A stretch of 62,501 nt of DNA, from positions 1 through 62,501 of the forward strand of contig JAGOSH010000003.1 in NCBI GenBank assembly GCA_018062425.1, written 5' to 3'. A program made the translations under genes and the position numbers. Positions 44,472 to 53,859 of the stretch are shown in pieces (position 1 is the stretch's first letter; each line of letters starts with the position of its first letter). The stretch is from Minisyncoccota bacterium (lineage in GTDB: Bacteria > Patescibacteriota > Minisyncoccia > Phycocordibacterales > UBA9973). A model generated the notes under the pieces. That model had not been told where the DNA came from and made no database searches. It saw only the letters and a program-made list of their open reading frames with translations.

Positions 44472-44906
44472 TTATTTATCAGTCGAAGTTAGAATCATCT
44501 TGCCGTTAGGGGTAGTCCAATCAGTGAACCGCCACCAGGTGGGAGTGAAAGTAAAATATACTTGTTCTACGCCGTATGACTTGGCGAGTTTTTCAGGAAA
44601 TTTTCCAAAGTAAACTTCCTTGAATTTTTCTTTCTCTGATTCGGGCACCAGCCGTACTTGCCCGTCTAGTTGTAGTGTTTTCATATCATTCGCATCAGAG
44701 CCTACAACAAATGATGCCCGGACTGATTCTTTACTTAATATTGGTTCAGATTTTCTATAGTCTTTCGAGGTTTCAAAGTAGAAAACTAAAGGGTTTTCTG
44801 CTTGAGCAAAGTGCAATGTTGCGGCATGTGGTGACCCATCTAACATTTCCACCGCAAGCACTCCCACCCTCTGCGTTTTTAAATAATTTATTATTTCTTG
44901 TTTCAT
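44472..44906 (-). CDS. pyridoxamine 5'-phosphate oxidase-family protein
   Basis: VGVLAVEMLDGSPHAATLHFA... split-barrel pattern. Confidence 0.6.
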   Translation of the reverse strand: MKQEIINYLKTQRVGVLAVEMLDGSPHAATLHFAQAENPLVFYFETSKDYRKSEPILSKESVRASFVVGSDANDMKTLQLDGQVRLVPESEKEKFKEVYFGKFPEKLAKSYGVEQVYFTFTPTWWRFTDWTTPNGKMILTSTDK

Positions 44907-44918
44907 AAATTTATTTTA

Positions 44919-45980
44919 TCACGCAACTATCCCGCCACCTAAAACTACATCTTTGTCGTAAACCACAATGGACTGTCCGGAAGCTACCAGTACTGGTTTT
45001 TCAAATACCACCTCTGTGGATCCGAATATTATTTTACAGGGTAGAAATTCTCCATGATAGCGGATTTGGGCGGTATACCTTTTATTTTCTTTTGGAACTT
45101 CAGAAATCCAATTTACTTTTTCTAACTGAATAGTTTTGGAGAGTGTATTGGTGAAACTTTGTTTATTTTGACTTACCACCAAAATATTTTTATTTATGTC
45201 TTTGCTCACAATATAATACGGTTTATCCTCGGGGGTCTTTTGGGTAATAGTGAAACCGTGTCTAGCGCCCAAGGTGCTGAATACTGCTCCATCGTGGAAA
45301 CCAATTTCTTCTCCTTTCTCGCTGAGAACCTTGCCGTTTTTTTCTTTTATATAATGCTTCAAAAAATCTTTCAGATCTATGTCTCCCAGGAAGCAGATAC
45401 CCTGACTGTCTTTCTTGTCCGCTACAGGCAGTTTGAATTTATTTGCGAGCTTGCGCACTTCTGTCTTTTTTAAATGTCCAATCGGGAAAATAATTTTAGA
45501 AAGTTGTTCTTGGTTAACGGTCCAGAGGAAATACACTTGGTCTTTTGTAGCATCAAGGCTTCTTATCAGGCAATATTTTTTCTCGAGAATGTCCTGCTTT
45601 GCGTAGTGCCCCGTCGCCACATAGTCGGCGCCCATAGCGAGAGCTTTTTTTAGGAAAGCGCCAAACTTAACTTCTTTGTTGCACATTACGTCTGGATTCG
45701 GAGTACGGCCGGACTTGTATTCCTCTATCATGTAGTCTGCCACACCCTTTTTATACTCATCTTCCAAATCAAAAGTTAAAAAAGGAATGTCCAAATGCGC
45801 CGCGACACGCATAGCGTCGCGGCGCTCTTCCTCCTCGTTACATTCTATAAAATCCGGATGCCAGGTACGGATAAAAACCCCAACCACCCTGTAGCCTTGG
45901 GCTTTAAGCATCGCTGCGGACACAGAAGAATCCACCCCACCAGAGAGGCCGACAAACACGGTTTTAACTGCTTTTTTCAT
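44919..45980 (-). CDS. mnmA: tRNA 2-thiouridine(34) synthase
   Basis: PP-loop VGLSGGVDSSV, TPNPDVMCN and DSQGICFLG. Confidence 0.93.
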   Translation of the reverse strand: MKKAVKTVFVGLSGGVDSSVSAAMLKAQGYRVVGVFIRTWHPDFIECNEEEERRDAMRVAAHLDIPFLTFDLEDEYKKGVADYMIEEYKSGRTPNPDVMCNKEVKFGAFLKKALAMGADYVATGHYAKQDILEKKYCLIRSLDATKDQVYFLWTVNQEQLSKIIFPIGHLKKTEVRKLANKFKLPVADKKDSQGICFLGDIDLKDFLKHYIKEKNGKVLSEKGEEIGFHDGAVFSTLGARHGFTITQKTPEDKPYYIVSKDINKNILVVSQNKQSFTNTLSKTIQLEKVNWISEVPKENKRYTAQIRYHGEFLPCKIIFGSTEVVFEKPVLVASGQSIVVYDKDVVLGGGIVA

Positions 45981-45987
45981 TAGTTTT

Positions 45988-46914
45988 CTATTTTAGATAT
46001 TTATTTATGTTTTGTCGATGTTCGCTAAAGCTTTTAGCGTAGTAGGTATTGCCTTCTTTGTCGTGTATATAATACAAATATTTAGAACTTTTTGGATAAA
46101 AAGCAGCCTTGATTGTGTCCAAGCCTGGGTTGGAAGCCGGAGCGTCTGGTAATCCTTTTTCTTTGTAGGTTGTAGGCACGGCATCCACCTGGAGCGGCAT
46201 CCCTATTTTTATGCGTTGCCAAAGTATGCCAGAAATTATTTCTCTATCTCTTTCCCCACTAGCTTCTTCTTCCAAAATAGAAGCCATTATGACAATCTCT
46301 CTAGTGTCTCTGCCCGATGCTCGAACAGCGTCGAACACTTCCTTGGTTTTATTTTTAAAATTTTTACTCATTAACTGCATTACCGAACTTTCGTCATCAG
46401 TAGTAGAAAAAAAGTAAGTATCCGGAAATAGGTATCCCTGCTCTCCACTAGCTAAAGATAAAAATCTTTCTTTATTAAAATTTTTCAATTTTAAATCACA
46501 GACTTCGGCAATCTCATGATTGTCGAAACCCTCGGGTATGGTTATCTTTACCAGTCCCATTTGCCGGTCTCCGGTGGCCATTTTTTTAGCAAGAGACGTA
46601 ACAGAAATACGATTTGGGAAAATATAGTCGCCAACTACCAAATGTTTTTCTCCACCATAAAATATAACCAGCGTTTCAAAGGCAACCCGAGAACGTATAA
46701 AACCACCATCCTTTAATCTAAAAGACAGCTTCCTCAAACTATCTCCTTCTTCTATTGAAAAAATCTCTCCGACTTTAAAATCACGCGGAGGTAGAATCAT
46801 AAAAAAATACACTCCGAGAAAACCCAGAATTACAAAAATAAAAACATACACCCACCTATAGGTAACGAGTTTCTTGGTTTCCTTTATATCAACTACAGGG
46901 ACTTGGTTTTCCAT
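45988..46914 (-). CDS. mltG: endolytic murein transglycosylase MltG (YceG-like)
   Basis: An N-terminal TM helix, then ITIPEGF, ASILEEE and GLPDAPASNPG. Confidence 0.88.
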   Translation of the reverse strand: MENQVPVVDIKETKKLVTYRWVYVFIFVILGFLGVYFFMILPPRDFKVGEIFSIEEGDSLRKLSFRLKDGGFIRSRVAFETLVIFYGGEKHLVVGDYIFPNRISVTSLAKKMATGDRQMGLVKITIPEGFDNHEIAEVCDLKLKNFNKERFLSLASGEQGYLFPDTYFFSTTDDESSVMQLMSKNFKNKTKEVFDAVRASGRDTREIVIMASILEEEASGERDREIISGILWQRIKIGMPLQVDAVPTTYKEKGLPDAPASNPGLDTIKAAFYPKSSKYLYYIHDKEGNTYYAKSFSEHRQNINKYLK

Positions 46915-46917
46915 ATG

Positions 46918-48303
46918 CTAAGTCGGCAAATTAGTTGGTGGAGCAGCTTCTTTGGATTCAATACGTTCAAGGGTTGGAACTTTAAGCATCTGACCTGGAA
47001 AGTGCCACAATGTAGCTATTTCCTCTACATTCATGACTTGAGTTTTTGATTCAAAAAAAGTAAGGGTAAAATACGGCGTAATAGGCCAAAACAAGAAATT
47101 ACGCAAAATTTTCTTTCTAAGCGATCCATTGAAAAAGCCTCGATTTCGATAATCTTTGAGCATTCGATTGCACAGAATCGTAACCTTCTCTGGAGAAAGC
47201 AAGAAGAAACTCCCAAAAAATCCTCCTCCCGCTAAGGAGTCTGCCTGAGTTCCATTTATACGAACCAGCTCATTTACCGGCGTATTCGCATACTGACGAA
47301 AGATTAGGCGGATGTCGCGCCGGTGATTCATGTCCCAGGCTTCTTTTTTGGCAACATAACAAGCACGGATACCAGTGTCAAAACCAATCTTTGACATTTT
47401 TGCCATAACTCCTTTTACGGCAGGATCCTGAGGAGCGAAACCGGCTGGGCGAACAGGATCACCCTCTCCTGGTGACTGATACCTTTTAAGTAATGCATTC
47501 AACACGTCTTCAGATTCTTTAACCCAATCATGTACACCCTTACCGTCTGCGTCTGGAAATTCTTTCTTGCTAGGTCTGACAACTATCTGAAGCCACATTT
47601 GTTCACCTTTCTTTATCGATCCAAAAAGTTCAATCAACGGCGAAATCGGATCTATTTTGTATTCTTCTTTTGGATCTTTATCGAGTCCATAATCTACATA
47701 AGTTTTAATAGGAAAAGCTTCTGGTTTGGCCAGAGCGAATTCACAACCCCACAGCTTCCACTCACCATCATCGACTATTTTATCAACTGCCAAAGTGTAG
47801 TCATCTACAAGTTTGATTTGCGCTTGTGGGTATTGAGCATACATTTGTGTTTCAATCAAATCTTTTAAACGGCTAGGGGTGCGTATATAAAAATGGACTT
47901 GGCCTTCAATCGAAACAATTTCCAACGAATACCAAAACCATATGGCGCCTTGCCAGTACAGCTCCAATCCTCCTTTGTTACTATGGTGATAGAGAGCATT
48001 AGTAAAGAAGAGTTCCATCGCCTTCGGAGACCGCAGAACTTCTCGTGGTGGAACGATTTCTAGCATGACCCAGGTTATACCTGATTTAAAATCCTGCTGA
48101 ACATAATGCATCCAAATTTTAAAAGCCCATTTCAGCAAGAAATAAAAAGCAACAAGCTCGAGCATGAGCTCTCGGTTAACAAAGAAAAGTATAACTGCTA
48201 ACGTAAACAAAATAATACCAACTATATTGTCGGCAATTAAAGAAAGTATATCGGTAAAAACACTGTCCTCAGTTTTTGCATCTTTTTTAGCAGGGTCAGC
48301 CAT
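46918..48303 (-). CDS. hypothetical membrane protein (2 N-terminal TM helices plus large soluble domain)
   Basis: TM helices IVGIILFTLAVILFF and LELVAFYFLLKWAF. The domain begins LEIVPPREVLRSPKAMELFF. No family name recalled with confidence. Confidence 0.5.
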   Translation of the reverse strand: MADPAKKDAKTEDSVFTDILSLIADNIVGIILFTLAVILFFVNRELMLELVAFYFLLKWAFKIWMHYVQQDFKSGITWVMLEIVPPREVLRSPKAMELFFTNALYHHSNKGGLELYWQGAIWFWYSLEIVSIEGQVHFYIRTPSRLKDLIETQMYAQYPQAQIKLVDDYTLAVDKIVDDGEWKLWGCEFALAKPEAFPIKTYVDYGLDKDPKEEYKIDPISPLIELFGSIKKGEQMWLQIVVRPSKKEFPDADGKGVHDWVKESEDVLNALLKRYQSPGEGDPVRPAGFAPQDPAVKGVMAKMSKIGFDTGIRACYVAKKEAWDMNHRRDIRLIFRQYANTPVNELVRINGTQADSLAGGGFFGSFFLLSPEKVTILCNRMLKDYRNRGFFNGSLRKKILRNFLFWPITPYFTLTFFESKTQVMNVEEIATLWHFPGQMLKVPTLERIESKEAAPPTNLPT

Positions 48304-48348
48304 GCAAACATTTTACTACAAAAAAATAGCAAAAAGAAGAAGGAAAAG

Positions 48349-49380
48349 TTAATTCACGCCGTAAAGACCTTTTTTGTCTTTTTTGAAATACTTAGTGTTG
48401 AGCAAATTTACTAAAATAGTGTTCTTTTTGAAATAGCGTTCCTTCATGACTTTGTCTACAATCTCGTCTTTGGACATAGGACCTTCTTTTTCTAAGATGT
48501 CGCGAATAACGTCCCTGGCGATGCCTGTTTTGTATCCCCATTCAGATAAAGCGTATAAACCACGACCCACCAATACAAAGCGTTTATCTTTGATAAGTTC
48601 GTTGTGAACTGTGGCAAAATGAGTTTTGCGACCGAAGGTTTTGCTTATAGAATCTGCTACTTCTTTGAAGTGCATTGGGGATCCATGTTTACGCATGACC
48701 AAAAAGGCATAGTCTTTGACACCTCTTGTTTTAACATTCTGGGAATCAGCCTTACCCCATTCACCGAGTGGATTCTTGCCGATAGATTTTGAAATAGACA
48801 ACCATCGTTTTGCGACTTCTTCGTCTTTGTATTCACTAGCAACTTCTTTCATCTGGTCAAAAAACTTTTTAATCATTTCTGTTTCTGGAACCAAATCTTC
48901 ATCGCCGAGACTCTTGTAAAGCTGGTGAAGTGAGCTGTGTACATCCTCTGCTAGTTTGTCGTCTACGCTCCAGCGAGTTTTGAAATGATCATTCTCGCGG
49001 TGCTTGGTAAAGTAATCTGAAAGAGTTAAATGAAAATGGACGTGATTCTGGGTTAGTTTATCTTTCGCAAAATGTTCTAGGAGTTCTGTTTCTGCAACGA
49101 TGGAACCGAGGGATTTAACCACATCTTTTAGTTCATCAAAAAAAGTCTGCTCAGCTTTAAATGCTGGAGACTTCTTTATCAAACTCAAAGCATTTTCTTC
49201 GATTTGTCTGACACGCTCGCGAGTGATTTTGTATTTCTGACCGATTTCTTCTAGAGTCTTGCGTTCTACATCTTCGGCGTTTAGTCCAAACCGATTTAAA
49301 ATAACATCTAGCGGTCGGTCTGCTAGATGTGAAGTGATCTTCTTTGTAATCTGTTTTGGTTTGAAAGATTTAGTTTGCAT
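48349..49380 (-). CDS. sigma-70 region-4-like HTH plus HARE-HTH domain protein
   Basis: TLEEIGQKYKITRERVRQIEENAL (sigma r4 signature). C-terminal FKEVADSISK...LVGRGLYALSEWGY (HARE-HTH-like). Confidence 0.55.
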   Translation of the reverse strand: MQTKSFKPKQITKKITSHLADRPLDVILNRFGLNAEDVERKTLEEIGQKYKITRERVRQIEENALSLIKKSPAFKAEQTFFDELKDVVKSLGSIVAETELLEHFAKDKLTQNHVHFHLTLSDYFTKHRENDHFKTRWSVDDKLAEDVHSSLHQLYKSLGDEDLVPETEMIKKFFDQMKEVASEYKDEEVAKRWLSISKSIGKNPLGEWGKADSQNVKTRGVKDYAFLVMRKHGSPMHFKEVADSISKTFGRKTHFATVHNELIKDKRFVLVGRGLYALSEWGYKTGIARDVIRDILEKEGPMSKDEIVDKVMKERYFKKNTILVNLLNTKYFKKDKKGLYGVN

Positions 49381-49443
49381 TTTTTTTATTATCTAATGTG
49401 ATTTTATCAATTAATCAAAACGTGTCAATAAGTTTTTTAAAAA

Positions 49444-51255
49444 TTATTTTGGATTGTTACGCAATGACCTAACTCTGTCTAATTCGGTTAAAAATTTCTT
49501 GCGTAGTCTGACTGAATTTGGAGTGATTTCCAAATATTCGTCTTCACCCATGACTTCGAGCCCTCTCTCGATACTGAGAGCGAATGCAGGCTTGAGCACA
49601 ATGGCGTCGTCTGTACCGGATGCTCGCATGTTTGTGAGCTGTTTACCCTTGGTTGGGTTAACGGACATTTCTTCGCCTTTAAGTACGTTACCTATGACCA
49701 TTCCTTCGTATACTTCAGCACCGTGATCTATGTATAATATACCACGTTCTTGCAAATTTGCAAGGGAGAAGGCTACGGCTTTGCCAGAAACCATTGAAGA
49801 CATTGAGCCATATTCGCGTTTCTTGATCTCGCCAGCGTAAGTATTGAAAGCTGTAAAGCGTGAAGACATGATCCCCTCGCCTTTGGTGTCTATTATAAAT
49901 TCGCCTCTGTAGCCGAGTAATCCGCGAGTTGGGATGTCAAAAATAACACGGACGATACCCTCCTTCTCTATCATGGACTTCATGAGGCCCTTACGTTTAC
50001 CGATCTTCTCGATGACTGTACCAGAGAATTCCATCGGAACATCAACAACTAGTTCTTCGTACGGTTCGAGTTTAACACCGCCCTCTTCTTTCACGATAAC
50101 TTCTGGTTGAGATACCTGCATTTCATAACCTTCACGTCGCATGTTCTCAAGCAATACCGCCAAGTGCAGTTCACCGCGGCCGTACACTTTGAAAAAGCTT
50201 GGGCCCGAATTAGTACCCTGTTCTGGAGAAAAGTCTACACGTAGACCCACGTTCATTTCTAATTCTTTTTCCAATCTTTCTTTCAATTGTCGTGAGGTTA
50301 CGAATTTACCTTCGCGTCCAGCAAAAGGAGAATCGTTCACCAAGAAGTTGAGCGACAGTGTCGGCTCGTCGATGGCGATGTGTGGTAAAGCGACAACACT
50401 TTCGTCTTCACACAAAGTCTCACCGATGAATATGTCTGGTATACCGGCAAGGAGCACGATGTCTCCTGATTCAGCGGATGCAGTTTCTACACGGTTAATA
50501 CCTTCAAAACTAAAAAGTTTGGTTATCTTACCCATACGAGATTTGTCATCGTTTTTTACCACAACTTGTTTACCGGAAACAATTTGTCCACCGTACACAC
50601 GCACGATAGCCAAACGTCCCAAAAAGTTGTCATAACCTAGGTTAAAAACCTGAGCGGACATTTTTTCTGACTGGTGGTTTGAAGCTACTGGAACTTTCTC
50701 TAAAATCAAATCTAGTAGCGGAGACAAGTCTTGTGAATCATCACCAATCTTTCTGAACGCTTTACCTTCACGTCCTATGGCGTAAATAGTTTCGAAATCT
50801 ATTTGATTATTGTCGGCACCGAGTTCCAAGAAAAGCTCGAGGACTTCCTCGTGCACACGATCAGGATCTGCAGCTGGTTTGTCTATTTTGTTTATAACTA
50901 CAATCGGTTTCAATCCAAGCTCTAGAGACTTCTTCAGCACGAAACGTGTCTGTGGCATCGGGCCTTCAACTGCGTCCACAAGTAGTAACACAGAATCGAT
51001 AGCACGTAGCACGCGTTCCACCTCGGAACCGAAGTCTGCGTGACCTGGGGTGTCTACGATGTTTATCTTGGTACCTTTATAAGTAATAGAAGTGTTTTTG
51101 GAGTAAATTGTGATACCTCGCTCTTTTTCAATGTCGTTTGAGTCCATTGATGCATTTACATCTTTGGCTGCGCCGTTTTGCTGCATTAGGGCATCTGTAA
51201 GTGTGGTTTTGCCGTGGTCCACGTGCGCGATAATAGCTATGTTTCTGATTTCCAT
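49444..51255 (-). CDS. typA: translational GTPase TypA/BipA
   Basis: [17 protein letters not shown] and DTPGHADF; 603 aa with the BipA C-terminal domain. Confidence 0.95.
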   Translation of the reverse strand: MEIRNIAIIAHVDHGKTTLTDALMQQNGAAKDVNASMDSNDIEKERGITIYSKNTSITYKGTKINIVDTPGHADFGSEVERVLRAIDSVLLLVDAVEGPMPQTRFVLKKSLELGLKPIVVINKIDKPAADPDRVHEEVLELFLELGADNNQIDFETIYAIGREGKAFRKIGDDSQDLSPLLDLILEKVPVASNHQSEKMSAQVFNLGYDNFLGRLAIVRVYGGQIVSGKQVVVKNDDKSRMGKITKLFSFEGINRVETASAESGDIVLLAGIPDIFIGETLCEDESVVALPHIAIDEPTLSLNFLVNDSPFAGREGKFVTSRQLKERLEKELEMNVGLRVDFSPEQGTNSGPSFFKVYGRGELHLAVLLENMRREGYEMQVSQPEVIVKEEGGVKLEPYEELVVDVPMEFSGTVIEKIGKRKGLMKSMIEKEGIVRVIFDIPTRGLLGYRGEFIIDTKGEGIMSSRFTAFNTYAGEIKKREYGSMSSMVSGKAVAFSLANLQERGILYIDHGAEVYEGMVIGNVLKGEEMSVNPTKGKQLTNMRASGTDDAIVLKPAFALSIERGLEVMGEDEYLEITPNSVRLRKKFLTELDRVRSLRNNPK

Positions 51256-51401
51256 ATTGTGTGTGTTGGGTTAAAAATAAAAAGCCCTCGGGCTCGAAAA
51301 TTGATAAAAATATAATAGCACACATTTTAAAAATATACAAATCTACCCCAAAAATATCAAAAGCCCGAACTCCATTGTGAATTCGGGCTTCTCTTTAAAT
51401 T

Positions 51402-51689
51402 CTAATTCATGGTCCACGTTGGCCTCCATATGAAAGCCTCGCAGTCATCGCACTGCAGTTGAATCATAAAAAGAACCCTGTTTCCGGTTTCCCTGTAACT
51501 TAAGTGATCACAGGTTAGCGGATTCTTACCAACTTTGTCTAACAGTTCTTGTGACAATTCACAAAAACTGTTTTTTGCAGGACAAGGTTCATTTACCTTG
51601 CGATTGCAAAATTTGCAATATTTTCTTCCCATAAGAAAAATTTTATGGTTGAAGAATATTTTTTTACTCAATATTAATGTCGCACCCAT
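51402..51689 (-). CDS. small zinc-ribbon protein (probable start at internal Met, 51632)
   Basis: MGRKYCKFCNRKVNEPC...CDDCEAFIW. Paralogous to 51725..51976. Confidence 0.45.
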   Translation of the reverse strand: MGATLILSKKIFFNHKIFLMGRKYCKFCNRKVNEPCPAKNSFCELSQELLDKVGKNPLTCDHLSYRETGNRVLFMIQLQCDDCEAFIWRPTWTMN

Positions 51690-51724
51690 CTCTACTTACT
51701 CAGTATGTGGTTCTTGTTTTCTGC

Positions 51725-51976
51725 TCAGAGTCCATGTATACGCACCCATTTTTCAGCACCGCATTGGCACACCATTTTTTCGGTTTCATTTAATACCGAC
51801 ACAATGCCGGTAAACCTAAATTCATGATCATGATTATTGGGGCAGTTCTTTTGATCTTTCTCCTTCCTACAAGGAAAGAGAACCTTCTGCTTGCATGTAT
51901 TACATGTAACATGATTCCTTTTTACCTCTTTCATGTTATGAAAAATTAGAAATGAATAAAATATTATTAGCATCAA
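51725..51976 (-). CDS. small zinc-ribbon protein (probable start at internal Met, 51934)
   Basis: MKEVKRNHVTCNTCKQKVLFPC...CQCGAEKW. Paralogous to 51402..51689. Confidence 0.45.
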   Translation of the reverse strand: MMLIIFYSFLIFHNMKEVKRNHVTCNTCKQKVLFPCRKEKDQKNCPNNHDHEFRFTGIVSVLNETEKMVCQCGAEKWVRIHGL

Positions 51977-52133
51977 TTAATGTCAAAAATTTTACTTCAG
52001 TACTAGGCACTATTATTACTCTATATTTTTCACAGGTACATTGACCTGGTTTTTTATTTTTCAAAGATCTAATATCTATAACGACACACATTATACCTTC
52101 TGTAAAATTTTGCAAGGACATGCCCTGACTAGT

Positions 52134-52162
52134 TTGACAAAGTTATAAATCCATGGGAATAT
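52134..52162 (+). promoter_or_regulatory. sigma70-type promoter, copy 1 of a duplicated promoter element
   Basis: TTGACA (52134-52139), a 17-nt spacer, then tgg-GAATAT (52157-52162). About 24/33 nt identical to 53116-53148. Confidence 0.5.
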
Positions 52163-52188
52163 CCAGGCGAATCAAATAAACTTGTACC

Positions 52189-52386
52189 ATGAAAAAAATA
52201 GGCTGGCCGGACATAGTTGCCGGCACCTTTACCCTACTTTGGGAAGGAACCTCCACCTTTATCTTGTTCCAGCAATGGAACACCCTCGAAAAAACCGATG
52301 TTTTCGTTCTAGTGTTTTTTATGTTTCTTGTCCCTTTGATTTTCTGGGGTAAGGAAATAAAAAAGTTGCTCGAAAAAGAAAACTAA
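52189..52386 (+). CDS. small two-helix membrane protein (65 aa)
   Basis: Two hydrophobic segments (IVAGTFTLLW..., VFVLVFFMFLVPLIFW). Confidence 0.45.
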   Translation: MKKIGWPDIVAGTFTLLWEGTSTFILFQQWNTLEKTDVFVLVFFMFLVPLIFWGKEIKKLLEKEN

Positions 52387-52442
52387 AAATTCATTCACGC
52401 CCTCCTTCGGGATGGGTAATTCTTTAACTAAACTCAACACAC

Positions 52443-53054
52443 TTGGTTATGAAAAACCTCCGCCTTTGTGCACTCGCTACCCTTCTGCTCCTTGGTTTTA
52501 CCGAAACACACGCACAGACCAACGCAATGACTCCCAAACAAATCTTTTACAGACTCATTCAGCCCATTGTAAACGACACGGATGGAATTCATCCCATCTT
52601 GTACGCAGGAGCATTCGCTGTAAAAAACCACGACGAACACACCTACTACGAATGGGACGCAACCAGCGTCGGACTGGAACTCAGGGGTACGTTCGAGCAT
52701 TTCGAAAACTTGTTCGTATACACAGAACTCTTTTACAGAGTGTCTGAACAGGAGAACAAGTATTACACCCCTTCCACTTTCACAAGAGATCAGGGAGTCG
52801 AGGTGGAATTCGGAGCCGGAATGAAGTTCCCGGTAGCTATCGGAGACACAGGGTTTTTTATTGAAGGAGAATTAACTTCCCCTTTCAACTTCTTTAACCC
52901 AGCCTTGGCCGCGAACCTGAAATGGGAGAACAAATCCGAAAACCTGAGCGTTAGCTTTGGTAACCGGATTATTGCCAGAGACGCAAGTATCTGGAACCCT
53001 GGATTTCATTTTGAATACCGGATATTACCGAGAAAACACTCGAAAAAAAAGTAA
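52443..53054 (+). CDS. exported beta-strand-rich protein (203 aa)
   Basis: Signal peptide MVMKNLRLCALATLLLLGFTETHAQ and alternating-polarity strands (VEVEFGAGMKF, LSVSFGNRII, FHFEYRI). More G+C-rich than its neighbours. Confidence 0.55.
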   Translation: MVMKNLRLCALATLLLLGFTETHAQTNAMTPKQIFYRLIQPIVNDTDGIHPILYAGAFAVKNHDEHTYYEWDATSVGLELRGTFEHFENLFVYTELFYRVSEQENKYYTPSTFTRDQGVEVEFGAGMKFPVAIGDTGFFIEGELTSPFNFFNPALAANLKWENKSENLSVSFGNRIIARDASIWNPGFHFEYRILPRKHSKKK

Positions 53055-53079
53055 CGACGAATTTAATGAAACAATCATG

Positions 53080-53110
53080 ACCGCCGGAGCGTACCTAACG
53101 CGCCGGCGGT
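53080..53110 (+). terminator. GC-rich terminator hairpin
   Basis: accgccggagcg-tacctaa-cgcgccggcggt, followed by ttatcgttt. Confidence 0.6.
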
Positions 53111-53117
53111 TTATCGT

Positions 53118-53146
53118 TTGACAGAAAAGTAAACTCATGGGAGTAT
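53118..53146 (+). promoter_or_regulatory. sigma70-type promoter, copy 2 of a duplicated promoter element
   Basis: TTGACA (53118-53123), a 17-nt spacer, then tgg-GAGTAT (53141-53146). Confidence 0.5.
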
Positions 53147-53175
53147 CAAAATGAATCTTTTAAACACTTTGTTCT

Positions 53176-53637
53176 ATGAAAAAACTCATGACCTTGTTAG
53201 CATTATTTTGCTGGCAAAATGCACAAACTCAAGAAGTTGATTTTGATTACTTTTGGTTAATTGAAACTACTTCATACCCTTCATTCGAAAACCAATACCC
53301 TCAATCAATTGAAAAAAGTATTACTTTTGCGTTTGAAGACAATACATCCTTTCACTATTTTTCGCTAAACACGTCAGGATCAATCTCAAGTATAAATGGT
53401 TTTATTTTGAAAAAATTTGACCCTTATATTAACTTGAGTTGTAACCCAAAAACATTTGAATGGTACAGTAGTATTGGGGTTTCGAAAAGCCTTATGCTTT
53501 CAGAAAAAATAAATTGTACTGCATACCTAGAACTTGGTATCTTTGATATTGTACCAAAAAGTTGGTGCCTTAATATAGGTATGATTCATTACATTGAGTT
53601 GCCTAATTTTAAAAAAAATAGGAAATGGGTATTCTAG
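53176..53637 (+). CDS. exported beta-strand-rich protein (153 aa)
   Basis: Signal peptide MKKLMTLLALFCWQNAQTQ. The C-terminus ends ...RKWVF. Confidence 0.5.
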   Translation: MKKLMTLLALFCWQNAQTQEVDFDYFWLIETTSYPSFENQYPQSIEKSITFAFEDNTSFHYFSLNTSGSISSINGFILKKFDPYINLSCNPKTFEWYSSIGVSKSLMLSEKINCTAYLELGIFDIVPKSWCLNIGMIHYIELPNFKKNRKWVF

Positions 53638-53828
53638 TTTCTTTATTAGGTGGATTTATACTTGTACAAGCCTTAAAACAAACCTGGGAAACCTTTAGTA
53701 AAGAAAAAAACTTAAGTAATCAAGAGTTTTTTTCTGAATACGGCATGGAAAACAATCTAAATTTCCTTTTAATCGCCCTGTCGCTAATATTTATAATAGC
53801 TGGGCTTCTGATCTTCAAATACACCTAA
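53625..53828 (+). CDS. small two-helix membrane protein (67 aa)
   Basis: GILVSLLGGFILVQAL and FLLIALSLIFIIAGLLIF. Overlaps the upstream ORF by 13 nt. Confidence 0.45.
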   Translation: MGILVSLLGGFILVQALKQTWETFSKEKNLSNQEFFSEYGMENNLNFLLIALSLIFIIAGLLIFKYT

Positions 53829-53859
53829 ACGCAACAGCGCGCGAAGGTGTATTTTTTAT

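Noticed and set aside
51256-51401. Riboswitch or attenuator in the typA leader
   Set aside because: Only a short 3-5-bp GC hairpin (gccc-gag-ggc) and the terminator of the upstream small gene are present. I recognised no conserved riboswitch core.
51936-52121. A third mini zinc-ribbon gene (61-aa ORF)
   Set aside because: It overlaps the N-terminal extension of 51725..51976 in another frame. It has only a single CxC and no alignment to the two paralogs.
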